Below, one piece after another: positions 8,432 to 18,176 of a DNA stretch of 64,000 nucleotides. The stretch is from Candidatus Kapaibacterium sp. (GTDB lineage: Bacteria > Bacteroidota > Ignavibacteria > Palsa-1295): positions 43 through 64,042 of the forward strand of contig DASRZC010000029.1 of NCBI GenBank assembly GCA_035686785.1, in the 5' to 3' direction. The stretch's first letter is position 1. Each line of letters begins with the position of its first letter. The notes under the pieces are model-generated. The model did not search any database. It had not been told where the DNA came from and saw only the letters and a program-made list of their open reading frames with translations. The translations under genes and the position numbers were made by a program.

Positions 8432-11400
8432 TTAAAAACGGAAGGGCGTCCAGATCCACTTGGCGAGGAAGATAGGCTGCTGTGTAAGTGCTCCGGCCCC
8501 GGCTGCGACGGTAGGGTTCGAATTCGCTTGCATTTCGATCATCATATCCCGCGCGCTGGGCGCAGAGCTGAAGGTGCTCCAGGGAATGTCCGTCGTCAAG
8601 TTAAGTCCGAACTGGCCGGTCGACCCCGTCGTACCGTAGTTATATCCGCCGACTTTAACGGTAATATCGCGAATGGCCGCGGTAATTTGGCCACCCGCAT
8701 TCGTCGTTCCCAGGTTGAGGCTGGCCGAACGTATGGCCACCTGCGAGGAGGTCGAGCCAAGAAAATTATTGGCAAGGCTGGTCACAACACCCGGGCCGAG
8801 ATTCTGTAAAATATTAGTGGTGGCATTCGCGCTCTGGGCTATGTTTAGTTCGTCTTTGAACTGTCCGGTAATAAGGAAATAGATGGCATCTTCCTTCGCG
8901 GCCTCTGGGGTAGGTTCGGAGCGTTCTTCGAAGGTTCCTCCCGGACCGGTCTCGTAATTCGCCGCGGTAAGCTCCGGGTTATTTTTCGTGCCCTTTATGG
9001 TCAGCTCGATCCGTGCCTCATCCTGGCCGGACTGTTTGACGTGCGGCCCAGTGTGATCGGCTACGATATAGATATTGGGATTGCTGAAGTCATTGGTGAA
9101 GGTGATATTTCCTTTTGAAATATTGAACGTTTGGTAAAACGTAAACGTGGAATTTTGGGAAAGATCGAAACTGCCGTTCGCGGTAGTTTGAAGGTCATCG
9201 CCACGCTCAATGGAGAGCGTTCCCCCGCTTTTGAGTTCGGCTTTTAGCTCCGATCCGATTAAGCCAAGGGTGCCACCGAAGGGAATGGTAATCGAGGCAG
9301 CGCCCTGAGTGTGGATCAGCAGGTCCATGCGGAGAATATCCGCGAAGGAGGGCGCAGGCCCTTTGGCGGGTGCCACGGGGTTGAGGGAAGAATCGGCCGC
9401 AAGCGCGGAGCCATTATCGTTCAGGTAAATATTTTTCATCCGATTTGGAAAGAGTGTATCGTCGAGATAGGACATCTGAACGGATCCCGCGCCAGCCGAG
9501 TCCAGGAGTTCGATATTGTGTTGGTTCGGAGCAATGGAAGACCGTATTCGTGAGCGCAGGGCATTCAGGCGCTCGATGGAATCGTTAGGGAGGGTTTCGT
9601 AAACGATGCCGGCATTCGAAGCGGGTTGCGCGGGCGCGGTCGTCTGAGGCATGGTGATATCGGCACTCATGATATTGATCGTTCCGTTGATCCAGGGTGC
9701 CGCGAAGGTATTTCGGAAGTGAAAATCTTGTCCGCCGGTATTGATGATGACGGGTCCATAAGCCGCCAACTGGGTTTGCTTTGCAGCATCCGAGAGTACC
9801 ATCAATTCGTTCGTGCTAAGGCGGAGATCGAAATTCGTAATATTGAATCCGCTGAAGTTCAGGCTCCCGTTCAACCGTGCCTCGCCATTGGGGTCGTCCG
9901 CATCGATATTCCTTATCGTATCATTCTCCAGCGTGAGCGCATTATGTGCAAAGGTAAGTGGCCCTCCGAATCGATACCACATATTCGTAGCCGCAAGAAG
10001 GAAGGCGCCATCCTGAACGGATGCCATCCCCGCATAGTCAATGTTCTGCCGGGTTCCCGAGACGGAGAAATGAATATTGCCGGTCCCTTGCACTTGCCGG
10101 AATGGTGGTAGAAACGGCGTGGCCACGTCGAGCGGAAAATTATTGGCGTCAATATGGGCGGCGAGCGGTCGTTGAGCGGCACGGGCACTATCCTCCGCGA
10201 ATTCGGGGCCGCGCTCCATGGCGATGGTCATCGGAATGCTATCGATGATGGCAAGAAGCTGGCTCTTTTCGCCGGAAAAATTGATCTTCTGCAGGCCGGG
10301 CGCATTCGTTGTAAAATTTGCGACATGGAGTGCAAGTGTTCCCCGGAGCACCTGATTTTTGTACTCGAGGTCGAGAGCATTCGAATCGAAGGTTATCGGA
10401 TTGTCTCCTTCGCCATAGGTCATCGAATCGGCAAACAACTTTGCGGTAAGTTCGGGCCGTTCGAGCGTGCCCGAAAGCGCCACCGTGAGGTCCCGGACCG
10501 TGCCGTTAAAGCTGGCAAAATCGAACGTCTTCGCGTTCGGCTTGAACGGAGGAATAATTTTCTTAAGTTCTTCCAGTTTGAAGGAAGGAACATTCAGCCA
10601 GGCATTCACCGTATCGTTTTCCAGCGTTCCGGCAAATTTCAAGCGCTGGACTCGCGCGTTGCCCGGGTTCACTCCCGCCATCAAGGAATGAAGGATCGTA
10701 AGGGTATCGACTTCGAGACGTCCCGCTTTTGAACGCTTGATATGCACCGGACCTTCGTTCACCCAGACGTAGTCTGGAAGGGTTTCGGGAGAAGGATAAG
10801 GATTAATATAATTGATTCGAAGTGTATCGAGCGCGAAATCGAAATTGCCTTCCGGGAAATGAGCCTTTCCTTTCAGGCGAATTCCAAGCGCATCGTTATA
10901 GACGGTAGCCATGTCGAAATCAAGCGACTGATTTTTATACATCAGCCCAAATTTCGGATGGAAGAGCATCGCCGACCCGAGCCGCACGACGGAATCGGAA
11001 AGAACATCGAGCGAGGCGTCTAAATGATCCAGCACTTTAAGCGGATCGTTCGAAAGATTGTGCAGTACGAGACGAAACGTGGTGGGCATAACCTGGATGC
11101 GCGGAGTTCCCACGCCGAATTGCGGAAGCGCAAGCGCCGAGGTATCCCGCCGCCGGATGGCGCCAGAATCGAACACCGCCACCGCATGGCCGAAGCTATC
11201 TGTAACGAATGCCGGAGGGGATAGTGTATCCAAAGTGGTATCCGCCACGTCAACGAGATTGGTATCCACCACTTGCCGGTTGCGCAAAATGAATGCGAGG
11301 CTATCGCCGTTCACGGTGAGATTCAAATCGCCATCCGGGCAGCCCTGAGCGGTTCCATAGATTGCGCCTTGCCCAAGCAGGAACGTTCGCGGAAGAAAAT

Positions 11401-13603
11401 CGACAAGCGGCCGAAGGTCTTTAATTTGAATGTGATAATCGAAATCGATCGAGTCCGGGCAGGAAACCGAGAGCGGGAAGTGTGCTCCATTTTCCGGGAA
11501 GTCCCGTTGTTCGATGGCAGTAAGGAGAGCGTTCACGTGCGTTGGAAGATCCTCTGTAAGCGTTCCCAGTTGGAAGCGGCGGTCGATGGTAACGTCGGCA
11601 ATCTGGCTCCGCAGCGTGAGATTGTTTTCGCCCGCCGAAGTAGGTGAAATCTTGAGATCGACGGTATCATCCGGGAGCGCATGCCCGCGGTATTCCAAGT
11701 CGAAGAGCCGAGCATGCGCGATGCCGGTCACATCCTCGAAATCTTTGGCGTTGCCGGCAAGGTTTGCATCGAGATCGACGCGCGCGGGATTGTTTGAGTT
11801 GAGAACCTGCGCAACTTGAAAATCTTTCACCGTGCCATCGAAACGAAATGGTAACTGGGGATTCGTGAGCGCTACCATCGCGCTACGAATATGGACTTCG
11901 GGCCCCCCTTGTATGATAGCATCGAGAGGATCCGCCGTTATGGTGCCGCTCCTCATCGCGCCAGCCAGATCGGCCGAGGTGATATGATATTTCCCAAATA
12001 CGGAAGGACCATCCGTTTTGACAGTAATGGTCGAATTCATCGTCTTCCAATTCGTCCCTTTTCCGGCAAGCTGCGTTTCGGCGGTGATCGAGCTTTCGTA
12101 TTCTTTGCCTTTCACGAGCGCGGCGACATTAAAATTCGTGGTCTTCATTCCCGCGCGATAGGAAATATGATGATTTCGCAGATCGACTATCACATCGCCC
12201 GCCGCATTGCCGGCGCCGCTTGATTTTGCGTCGAATTTTGCATGGAAGTTAAGTGGCTCACCAACATACGCCAAGTTAGAGATATTGATATTCCTGAATC
12301 GGGAGAGATCCGGCAAATGCAAACCCGGCACATAATCATCGAGCGTCGTATTCGAAAGATTTCGCGCCTGAAGATTGACATTCATCGAGAGCGAATCGGC
12401 TTGGTGGAGATTATCAAGTTCCCCGGCGATCCCAATACTTCCCTGACCTTTAAAATCGAGCGCGAGCTTTTGAATATGGAGTTTACCGAATTCTCCGTTG
12501 GCCACGAGATCGATTCCCGGCGATCCTGCTAAAAATCCGAGCGGGCCAGGGAAAAATTGTTTTAGCTCATAGGTGCTAATGACCGGACCGCTCAGGGTTA
12601 CCTTCACGGAAGAGTGCTGCATCGAACGAAGCGAACCCGCGTCTATAAGTTTTGGAGGAGCAATCGCGATGGAAAAGTTAACATCGGAATATCCGGTGAT
12701 GATTTTGGCATTGTCCACGCTCGCGCGAGTAGAATCCCGATAGCCGGAAAATTCCAAATGCTGTACGAAGAAACCGCTGTGCTTCTCGACAAAGCGTAGC
12801 TGATTCACGCCCACGGTCTGCGTGCTCGATCCATGAGCATATAAACGGCCATCGAGATCGATCGCTTCGACATCCATGTCCGACCAGTCGATCGGGTTTT
12901 TCTTCGTCGGTGCGGCAACCGTGACGGCGGGAACTGGGTTGTTGTAATCGCGCACATAGAGGCTCCCATTCTGGATTCGAAAACCCGAAAGATCGACGAC
13001 CTGCGTAAAAGGCTGGGGGGGGCCTTTGGGCGCGGTGGGAACCGGTTTCGTCAGCAGGCGATAATTCCACATTGTGTCACCTGCAAACTTTACCAATCGG
13101 ATCACCGGATGCTGTAGGATCAATTGGGTAATGCCAAACTCGTTTTTCCGAAGCCAGCGCAGGAGCGAATACCTGGCGATGATCCGATCGGCGTGAATGA
13201 AGGGGACGGTGTCGTACTTCGTGCCGGTCTTGAGGCGAAGCGTGACATCGTTCATCACGAACCCTTCGAGCAAGTTCCCTTTGATTTCGCCGACGACAAG
13301 CGTTCCGTTTGTACTATTCTCGATGGTGCTGACCAACTCGCCAACCACCAGCCGCTTGAAGACGGGAAGTTGAATAACGAGCAACCCCGCGAAGCCAAGA
13401 AAGAGCAAAATCAGAAGAAGCCAGGCTACCACCTGCCGCGTCCTTCTCCAAAAGCCGCGCTTTTTTGGGGCGAGCACGTTCGCCGTTCCGCTATGAGGAA
13501 TGGCTGGCTGGCCGTCAGGTTGTGAGCTCGGCTGGTTCGGCTCCATAAATGAGAAAAAACGCTCCCCGCAATCGCTTGCTATTAGGTAGCGATTGGTAAG
13601 CAA
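8432..13603 (-). CDS. tamB: translocation and assembly module protein TamB-like (AsmA/DUF490 family), 1723 aa
   Basis: An N-terminal TM anchor is followed by a very long beta-rich body and a conserved DUF490-like C-terminus (…GGYNYGTTGSTGQFGLNLT…WIWTPFRF). All the internal +-strand ORFs are antisense artefacts. Confidence 0.75.
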   Translation of the reverse strand: MLTNRYLIASDCGERFFSFMEPNQPSSQPDGQPAIPHSGTANVLAPKKRGFWRRTRQVVAWLLLILLFLGFAGLLVIQLPVFKRLVVGELVSTIENSTNGTLVVGEIKGNLLEGFVMNDVTLRLKTGTKYDTVPFIHADRIIARYSLLRWLRKNEFGITQLILQHPVIRLVKFAGDTMWNYRLLTKPVPTAPKGPPQPFTQVVDLSGFRIQNGSLYVRDYNNPVPAVTVAAPTKKNPIDWSDMDVEAIDLDGRLYAHGSSTQTVGVNQLRFVEKHSGFFVQHLEFSGYRDSTRASVDNAKIITGYSDVNFSIAIAPPKLIDAGSLRSMQHSSVKVTLSGPVISTYELKQFFPGPLGFLAGSPGIDLVANGEFGKLHIQKLALDFKGQGSIGIAGELDNLHQADSLSMNVNLQARNLSNTTLDDYVPGLHLPDLSRFRNINISNLAYVGEPLNFHAKFDAKSSGAGNAAGDVIVDLRNHHISYRAGMKTTNFNVAALVKGKEYESSITAETQLAGKGTNWKTMNSTITVKTDGPSVFGKYHITSADLAGAMRSGTITADPLDAIIQGGPEVHIRSAMVALTNPQLPFRFDGTVKDFQVAQVLNSNNPARVDLDANLAGNAKDFEDVTGIAHARLFDLEYRGHALPDDTVDLKISPTSAGENNLTLRSQIADVTIDRRFQLGTLTEDLPTHVNALLTAIEQRDFPENGAHFPLSVSCPDSIDFDYHIQIKDLRPLVDFLPRTFLLGQGAIYGTAQGCPDGDLNLTVNGDSLAFILRNRQVVDTNLVDVADTTLDTLSPPAFVTDSFGHAVAVFDSGAIRRRDTSALALPQFGVGTPRIQVMPTTFRLVLHNLSNDPLKVLDHLDASLDVLSDSVVRLGSAMLFHPKFGLMYKNQSLDFDMATVYNDALGIRLKGKAHFPEGNFDFALDTLRINYINPYPSPETLPDYVWVNEGPVHIKRSKAGRLEVDTLTILHSLMAGVNPGNARVQRLKFAGTLENDTVNAWLNVPSFKLEELKKIIPPFKPNAKTFDFASFNGTVRDLTVALSGTLERPELTAKLFADSMTYGEGDNPITFDSNALDLEYKNQVLRGTLALHVANFTTNAPGLQKINFSGEKSQLLAIIDSIPMTIAMERGPEFAEDSARAAQRPLAAHIDANNFPLDVATPFLPPFRQVQGTGNIHFSVSGTRQNIDYAGMASVQDGAFLLAATNMWYRFGGPLTFAHNALTLENDTIRNIDADDPNGEARLNGSLNFSGFNITNFDLRLSTNELMVLSDAAKQTQLAAYGPVIINTGGQDFHFRNTFAAPWINGTINIMSADITMPQTTAPAQPASNAGIVYETLPNDSIERLNALRSRIRSSIAPNQHNIELLDSAGAGSVQMSYLDDTLFPNRMKNIYLNDNGSALAADSSLNPVAPAKGPAPSFADILRMDLLIHTQGAASITIPFGGTLGLIGSELKAELKSGGTLSIERGDDLQTTANGSFDLSQNSTFTFYQTFNISKGNITFTNDFSNPNIYIVADHTGPHVKQSGQDEARIELTIKGTKNNPELTAANYETGPGGTFEERSEPTPEAAKEDAIYFLITGQFKDELNIAQSANATTNILQNLGPGVVTSLANNFLGSTSSQVAIRSASLNLGTTNAGGQITAAIRDITVKVGGYNYGTTGSTGQFGLNLTTDIPWSTFSSAPSARDMMIEMQANSNPTVAAGAGALTQQPIFLAKWIWTPFRF

Positions 13604-13680
13604 AAAACCTGCAATAGCAGGAACAAAGTTCGGAAAAGCAGCGGTCTGAGAAAAGATTAATGGGCATGATTAGGGGAGCT

Positions 13681-14202
13681 TCAACGGTATCGTTCCAAAA
13701 TCCTTTCCACAATCCCGCTCGTCGAGCGCCCTTCCGAGAGCGGAATCGTCTGCACTTTTCCGCCATTCGTCTCCACGACATCCGCGCCAATGATGGTCTC
13801 CCTCGAATAATCGGCGCCTTTGATGAGAATGTCCGGCAAAAGGAAACGGAGAATTTCGAGTGGTGTCGTCTCATCGAAAACAACCACGGCGTCCGTACAC
13901 TTCAAGCTTGCAAGCAGCATCGCACGGTCCGCTTCGTTCTGAATCGGCCGGTTCGGACCTTTAATCGCCCGGACCGACGCATCCGAATTCAAGCCGACGA
14001 TCAGCGCATTCCCAGCGTTTCGAGCTTCGCGAAGATAGTTCACATGCCCCGCATGAAGTATATCGAAAACTCCATTCGTGAAAACAAGCTGTTCGTGAGC
14101 CGCGCGAAGTCCTCCGCGCCATTTCATCAAAGCGTTCCGGCTTTCGACATTCCGGAATTCAAAAATAGGAGCGAATTTAATTTTATCTGTCATCCTGAGC
14201 AC
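13681..14202 (-). CDS. D-glycero-beta-D-manno-heptose 1-phosphate adenylyltransferase (RfaE domain II, cytidylyltransferase fold). Probable ATG start at ~14193.
   Basis: GVFDILHAGHVNYLREAR…LIVGLNSD is the (H/T)xGH nucleotidyltransferase motif characteristic of HldE-C/RfaE II. Confidence 0.8.
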   Translation of the reverse strand: MLRMTDKIKFAPIFEFRNVESRNALMKWRGGLRAAHEQLVFTNGVFDILHAGHVNYLREARNAGNALIVGLNSDASVRAIKGPNRPIQNEADRAMLLASLKCTDAVVVFDETTPLEILRFLLPDILIKGADYSRETIIGADVVETNGGKVQTIPLSEGRSTSGIVERILERYR

Positions 14203-14346
14203 GGAGCCCTCTGGGCCAAATTCGAGCGAAGCGAGAATTTGCGGAGTCGAAGGATCTTTTGTACTTCACCGGTCTGCCACACTACACCAGATCCTTCGAC
14301 TCCGTTCGACTTCGCTTCGCTGCGTCGAACTCCGCTCAGGATGACA
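14189..14346. mobile_element. variant palindromic element with GTCATCCTGAGC / GCTCAGGATGAC termini, separating the two rfaE domain genes. Its left terminus overlaps the rfaE-II start codon.
   Basis: gtcatcctgagc…cgagcgaagcgag…gatccttcgactccg…cgcttcgctg…gctcaggatgac. It has the same architecture as the GTCATTGCGAGG family. Confidence 0.65.
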
Positions 14347-14362
14347 TGAAATAAAAATTCCT

Positions 14363-15388
14363 TCATGCAAGCGTTGTAGATATGTCCTCTAACAATGCCG
14401 CCACAAGCTGCTCCCGGTAAATTGGAACGATTCCCACTTCTTCGATCACCAGGCCCGCCGCACGATTCGCTACCACCGCCGATTCGCGCACGCTCATTCC
14501 ACACGCCTTGCAGACCGCAAGACACGCGATCACCGTATCGCCCGCCCCGGAAACATCCGCCACTTCGCGCGCGCGCGTCGGGATGGCGAACGGCTCGTTC
14601 GAGATGCCGTTATTCTGGATTCGCTCGAAGAGCATCATTCCCATTTCGCCCAGCGTGAGCAGCACATTCTCGGCGTGGAGCATTTCCATCAGCTTGAGGC
14701 CGGCGGCAATCGTTTCCTCATCGGTATGCAGCCGAACCCCCAGTGCATCCTCGACTTCTTTCCGGTTCGGCTTGAATACCGTAGCATCCTGATACTCGAA
14801 AAAATTCTGCGATTTCGGATCGACGAGCACCGGCACACCATGCTTTCGGCCAAGTTCGGTCGCCCGGTGGATGATCGTCCGCGTCATAACGCCTTTATTA
14901 TAATCTTCGAGAATAATCCCATCGAGGGAACGAATATGTTCGGTTAATATTTCGAGAAGCCGGTCTTCCGTTTCGCGGGAAATTTCGCGCTTCATCTCGT
15001 GATCCAGCCGGAGCATCTGCTGGCTGCCGGCGATGACGCGGGTTTTTACCGTCGTGGGCCGCTCCACATCGGTAACGATTCCATCGAGCGGGAACCCCAA
15101 ATTGGTAAAGATTCCCTTTAGGATGAGGCCCGAAGTATCGTCCCCCACGACGCCGAGCATGAGCGGTGTCGCGCCCAGGCCAAGAATATTATGCCCGACG
15201 TTCGCCGCGCCGCCTAAGCGGGCCTGCTCGCTTTCGATTTCGAGCACCGGCACCGGCGCCTCCGGCGAAATCCGCGAAACGGAGCCGAAGGTATAACGAT
15301 CCAGCATAAGATCGCCAAGCACCGCGACCTTCGCCTTGCAAAAAGCGTTCGAAAGCGCTTCGATACGAGTCTGGTTTAGCTCAAGCAT
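14363..15388 (-). CDS. D-glycero-beta-D-manno-heptose-7-phosphate kinase (RfaE domain I, PfkB-family)
   Basis: A ribokinase-like fold ending …DVSGAGDTVIA. This is a typical HldE N-terminal kinase. Confidence 0.8.
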   Translation of the reverse strand: MLELNQTRIEALSNAFCKAKVAVLGDLMLDRYTFGSVSRISPEAPVPVLEIESEQARLGGAANVGHNILGLGATPLMLGVVGDDTSGLILKGIFTNLGFPLDGIVTDVERPTTVKTRVIAGSQQMLRLDHEMKREISRETEDRLLEILTEHIRSLDGIILEDYNKGVMTRTIIHRATELGRKHGVPVLVDPKSQNFFEYQDATVFKPNRKEVEDALGVRLHTDEETIAAGLKLMEMLHAENVLLTLGEMGMMLFERIQNNGISNEPFAIPTRAREVADVSGAGDTVIACLAVCKACGMSVRESAVVANRAAGLVIEEVGIVPIYREQLVAALLEDISTTLA

Positions 15389-15420
15389 TTACCTCAAAGC
15401 AAAGGAACGCGAACTTTAGT

Positions 15421-15862
15421 TTACCCCCGCACCCCGTTTCGGTCCAAAACCCCGTTTGTTTCAAACAGACTTCCGCGTGATGCACCCATCAATTCTCAAT
15501 TTTCCAAAGAACGTTTGCATTTCCTGTTCTATATGAATATGGTGCCGATTGCTATCCAAAATCGGAACTATTGTCAAGTTCGCCCTCCCTTTTGAATCTA
15601 ATTCGCCAATTTTTCAATTTTTTTTGAATTCGCTATTCATACATTAGAAATTACATTAACTTCGAGTACCTATCCTTTCCCATTTTTATCATAGCACATA
15701 GGTTCTATCGCAGGAGCGTGCTAATATAGGCACTATAAAAGCAAGCGCCATGAGGTTCCGAAATATTTCTTGAAATTTTTTTAAGCTGTGTGCAAGGAAG
15801 CGCTGCTTCCTTGACCCCTTCTCCGGGAAGCCGCGCTTCCCGGCACACATTGCCAGAGACAC
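15421..15862. promoter_or_regulatory. AT-rich 440-bp intergenic/promoter region upstream of the rfaE kinase gene (contains a CAAACTAAAGTTCGCG-family motif at 15398-15420)
   Basis: There is a marked GC drop and poly-A/T tracts. It shares a short motif (attcgccaattt) with the AT-rich region at 29.2-29.5 kb. Confidence 0.4.
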
Positions 15863-17998
15863 TTACCGCGCCAGCACCACCGGCAGCGTCTCCACGCGCC
15901 CATTCATCCGGACGAGGCACTCATACATTCCATCGGGCAAGCCGGCAGGCTTGCCCCACGCAAAGCTATGCTCCCCAGCCGCAAGCTCGCCCGAAAAGAG
16001 ATGCGCGACCTCCACTCCGAGGAGATTTACGATGGAGACATCCGCGTAGCAGCTCGCTTCAGGGGTGAATGTAATGGTGGTGGATTCGGAGAAGGGGTTG
16101 GGGTAGATAGAGATCGATGCGGTATCTCGTTCTACATCTCGAACTGCGCTTTGGCCGGTCATTTCAGACAGGGGACGGCGCCATAAACCGGCACTCTGGG
16201 TTCCATCAAAAATATAGGGTGGAAAAACAAGAAGTACATTCGTATTCAGGTCAACCAACCCCTCATTGTGAGTTTGCCAGGATGTACCAAAGTCCGATGA
16301 ACTGAATATGCCCGGGCTTTGCTCACCAGGGCCAATGGCACCGGCAGGTTGCGTCCCCAAAAAGATAGTAGAGTCAATGGATACAATTGAAGCGGCTGCC
16401 ATATTGCTCAGATCGGGAAGATTCCCGTTTGCAAACGAGAAACTGGTATCGGAATTTGCTTTTCGGAGAATACCAAAACCCGGCCAGTCAATATTGGCGC
16501 CCGTGGCGGCAAAGAGATAATTCCCGGCCGGACAGATACTATTTATATTTGTACCATAGTCGTCTTGCGGAAGCGGGATTATTTTCCACGTTAGGCCACT
16601 ATCGGTGGAAGCAGAAACGTCGTAGCCCTCATCGCCGGAGCCCGAATAGAGTACGCCGCTTATTTGGGTCAAACATGCTAAGGCATTTCCTAAGACTGTT
16701 CCCCTCGGTTCCCAAGTTGCCCCTTGGTCGGTCGAAAGCAGCATCGTTTGATCCCGATTACTAACAAGCGCAGAGCCTATGCTTGCCGCAGGCCAGTATC
16801 CTGGTATTCTGATCGTATCCCACGTTATGCCATAGTCGTGAGATGTGAAAAGTTCGAACCCCGAAAAGACAAACAGCGTCGTATCGATCGTGACAAAACC
16901 ATCCGCCGACGGCGGTGCGAGGGGGGAGTCGAGCAGGTTCCACGTTGTACCGCTATCGTTGCTGCTCCATACGCCGCTTCCATAGGTTGCAGCAAAAAGA
17001 TGGGTCCCAATCGAAGTCATCGAAGTGACATTCGTATTTTGCATGTCATCGCTACTCGGATGCCAGGTTGCGCCATCATCGGAGGAAAGTAAAATTCCTA
17101 CGTCCCATGTCCCCGCCAGCAGATTGCCGCCGGAGCGCACTATCGTTTGTGCGGGCTGGGAAGATATTTGTGACCAGCTTGCGCCGCTATCGAGAGAAAG
17201 GTAGATACCATCGGCTGCGGCGGCGAATAATTTGTGTCCGTCGAGGTAGAGGCCAAAAATGGTGGGAAAATTGTCCTCAATGCCGTTGGAGAAGTGTGCA
17301 TTCGGGAGCCCATTATCGGAAGTATCCCACGTGACGCCATTATCGGTCGAACGGAAAAACCCCTCGGCATAATAGCCGCCAGCAAAGATATCGTCACCGG
17401 CGAAGGTGAGCGCCTCGATGCTCGCACCATCCATAATCGAATTCGAATTCCCCTCGATCAAGGTCCATGTGGAACCGGAATCGGATGATTGGTAAAGGCC
17501 GGATGACATTCGGCCAACATAAAGATTGCCATCTTTTACAAGAATGGCTTTGTTGAAAAAGTCGCCAATACTTTCCCAGGTCTGGCCTCGGTCCAATGTG
17601 CGATAGAGACCCTCGAATGAGCAGAGGTAAAGATAGCGTCCCATTACTGCAAGTTGGCCAGCCGAACAAGGGAGTGAATCGAGAACGGTCCAGGTCGTGC
17701 CACTATCTTCTGACACGTAGAGCCGGTCACTGGCAAAGTAAATTGTTTTGCCGTCGATAGCAATTCCGGGATTATCTGCTATTCCGCTTTGGACAAGGGC
17801 CCAACTCCGTCCGTTATTGGTCGAGCGATAAAGTCCACCGCTCGTCGTTGCGAAGACGTATGGATCCATCGACGCGAGCGCATTTACCGTTCCGCCGCTC
17901 GGCCCATTGCATTGCACCCACTGCGCGCGCAGCGCACCGGCGTGCATCGTCGCGAGCGCGGCGAAGAGGGTGAGTGCGAGAAGCCGTTTCGGGAGCAT
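15863..17998 (-). CDS. BNR/sortilin (Ycf48-like) repeat protein with T9SS C-terminal sorting domain. Signal peptide MLPKRLLALTLFAALATMHAGALRAQ.
   Basis: There are many S-x-D-x-G-x-T-W repeats (SEDSGTTW, SSDSGSTW, STDNGVTW, SLDSGASW, SSDDGATW…). The C-terminal ~80 aa (ISIYPNPF…LLGVEV…GMYECLVRMNGRVETLPVVLAR) is a type-A T9SS CTD. Confidence 0.75.
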   Translation of the reverse strand: MLPKRLLALTLFAALATMHAGALRAQWVQCNGPSGGTVNALASMDPYVFATTSGGLYRSTNNGRSWALVQSGIADNPGIAIDGKTIYFASDRLYVSEDSGTTWTVLDSLPCSAGQLAVMGRYLYLCSFEGLYRTLDRGQTWESIGDFFNKAILVKDGNLYVGRMSSGLYQSSDSGSTWTLIEGNSNSIMDGASIEALTFAGDDIFAGGYYAEGFFRSTDNGVTWDTSDNGLPNAHFSNGIEDNFPTIFGLYLDGHKLFAAAADGIYLSLDSGASWSQISSQPAQTIVRSGGNLLAGTWDVGILLSSDDGATWHPSSDDMQNTNVTSMTSIGTHLFAATYGSGVWSSNDSGTTWNLLDSPLAPPSADGFVTIDTTLFVFSGFELFTSHDYGITWDTIRIPGYWPAASIGSALVSNRDQTMLLSTDQGATWEPRGTVLGNALACLTQISGVLYSGSGDEGYDVSASTDSGLTWKIIPLPQDDYGTNINSICPAGNYLFAATGANIDWPGFGILRKANSDTSFSFANGNLPDLSNMAAASIVSIDSTIFLGTQPAGAIGPGEQSPGIFSSSDFGTSWQTHNEGLVDLNTNVLLVFPPYIFDGTQSAGLWRRPLSEMTGQSAVRDVERDTASISIYPNPFSESTTITFTPEASCYADVSIVNLLGVEVAHLFSGELAAGEHSFAWGKPAGLPDGMYECLVRMNGRVETLPVVLAR

Positions 17999-18176
17999 GA
18001 TGGTTCGCACGTTCAAAGCCGCGCCGCGCGGCAAAGGTGCCCACGCGAAAGGCCCAGCGGAAATGCTGGGCCTTCGATTTCGGGGGCACCGGCGGGCGGC
18101 TTATTTCTGTTAGCTCGATACTTGTCTTCGTAACCATAAGAGTTTAACATAATCGCCAGAGTTAATCGCAGTCGAG

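Noticed and set aside
8673-13525. Numerous +-strand ORFs of 60-190 aa inside the TamB gene (e.g. 9626-10111, 10154-10732, 11273-11647, 13124-13525)
   Set aside because: They are antisense to a long, well-supported minus-strand CDS, Arg/Gly-rich as expected of GC-rich reverse frames, and have no start context. They are spurious.
15705-15920. 71-aa minus-strand ORF in the AT-rich intergenic region and overlapping the end of the BNR-repeat gene
   Set aside because: It lies in promoter-like low-complexity DNA, overlaps a supported CDS, and has no homology. It is likely spurious.
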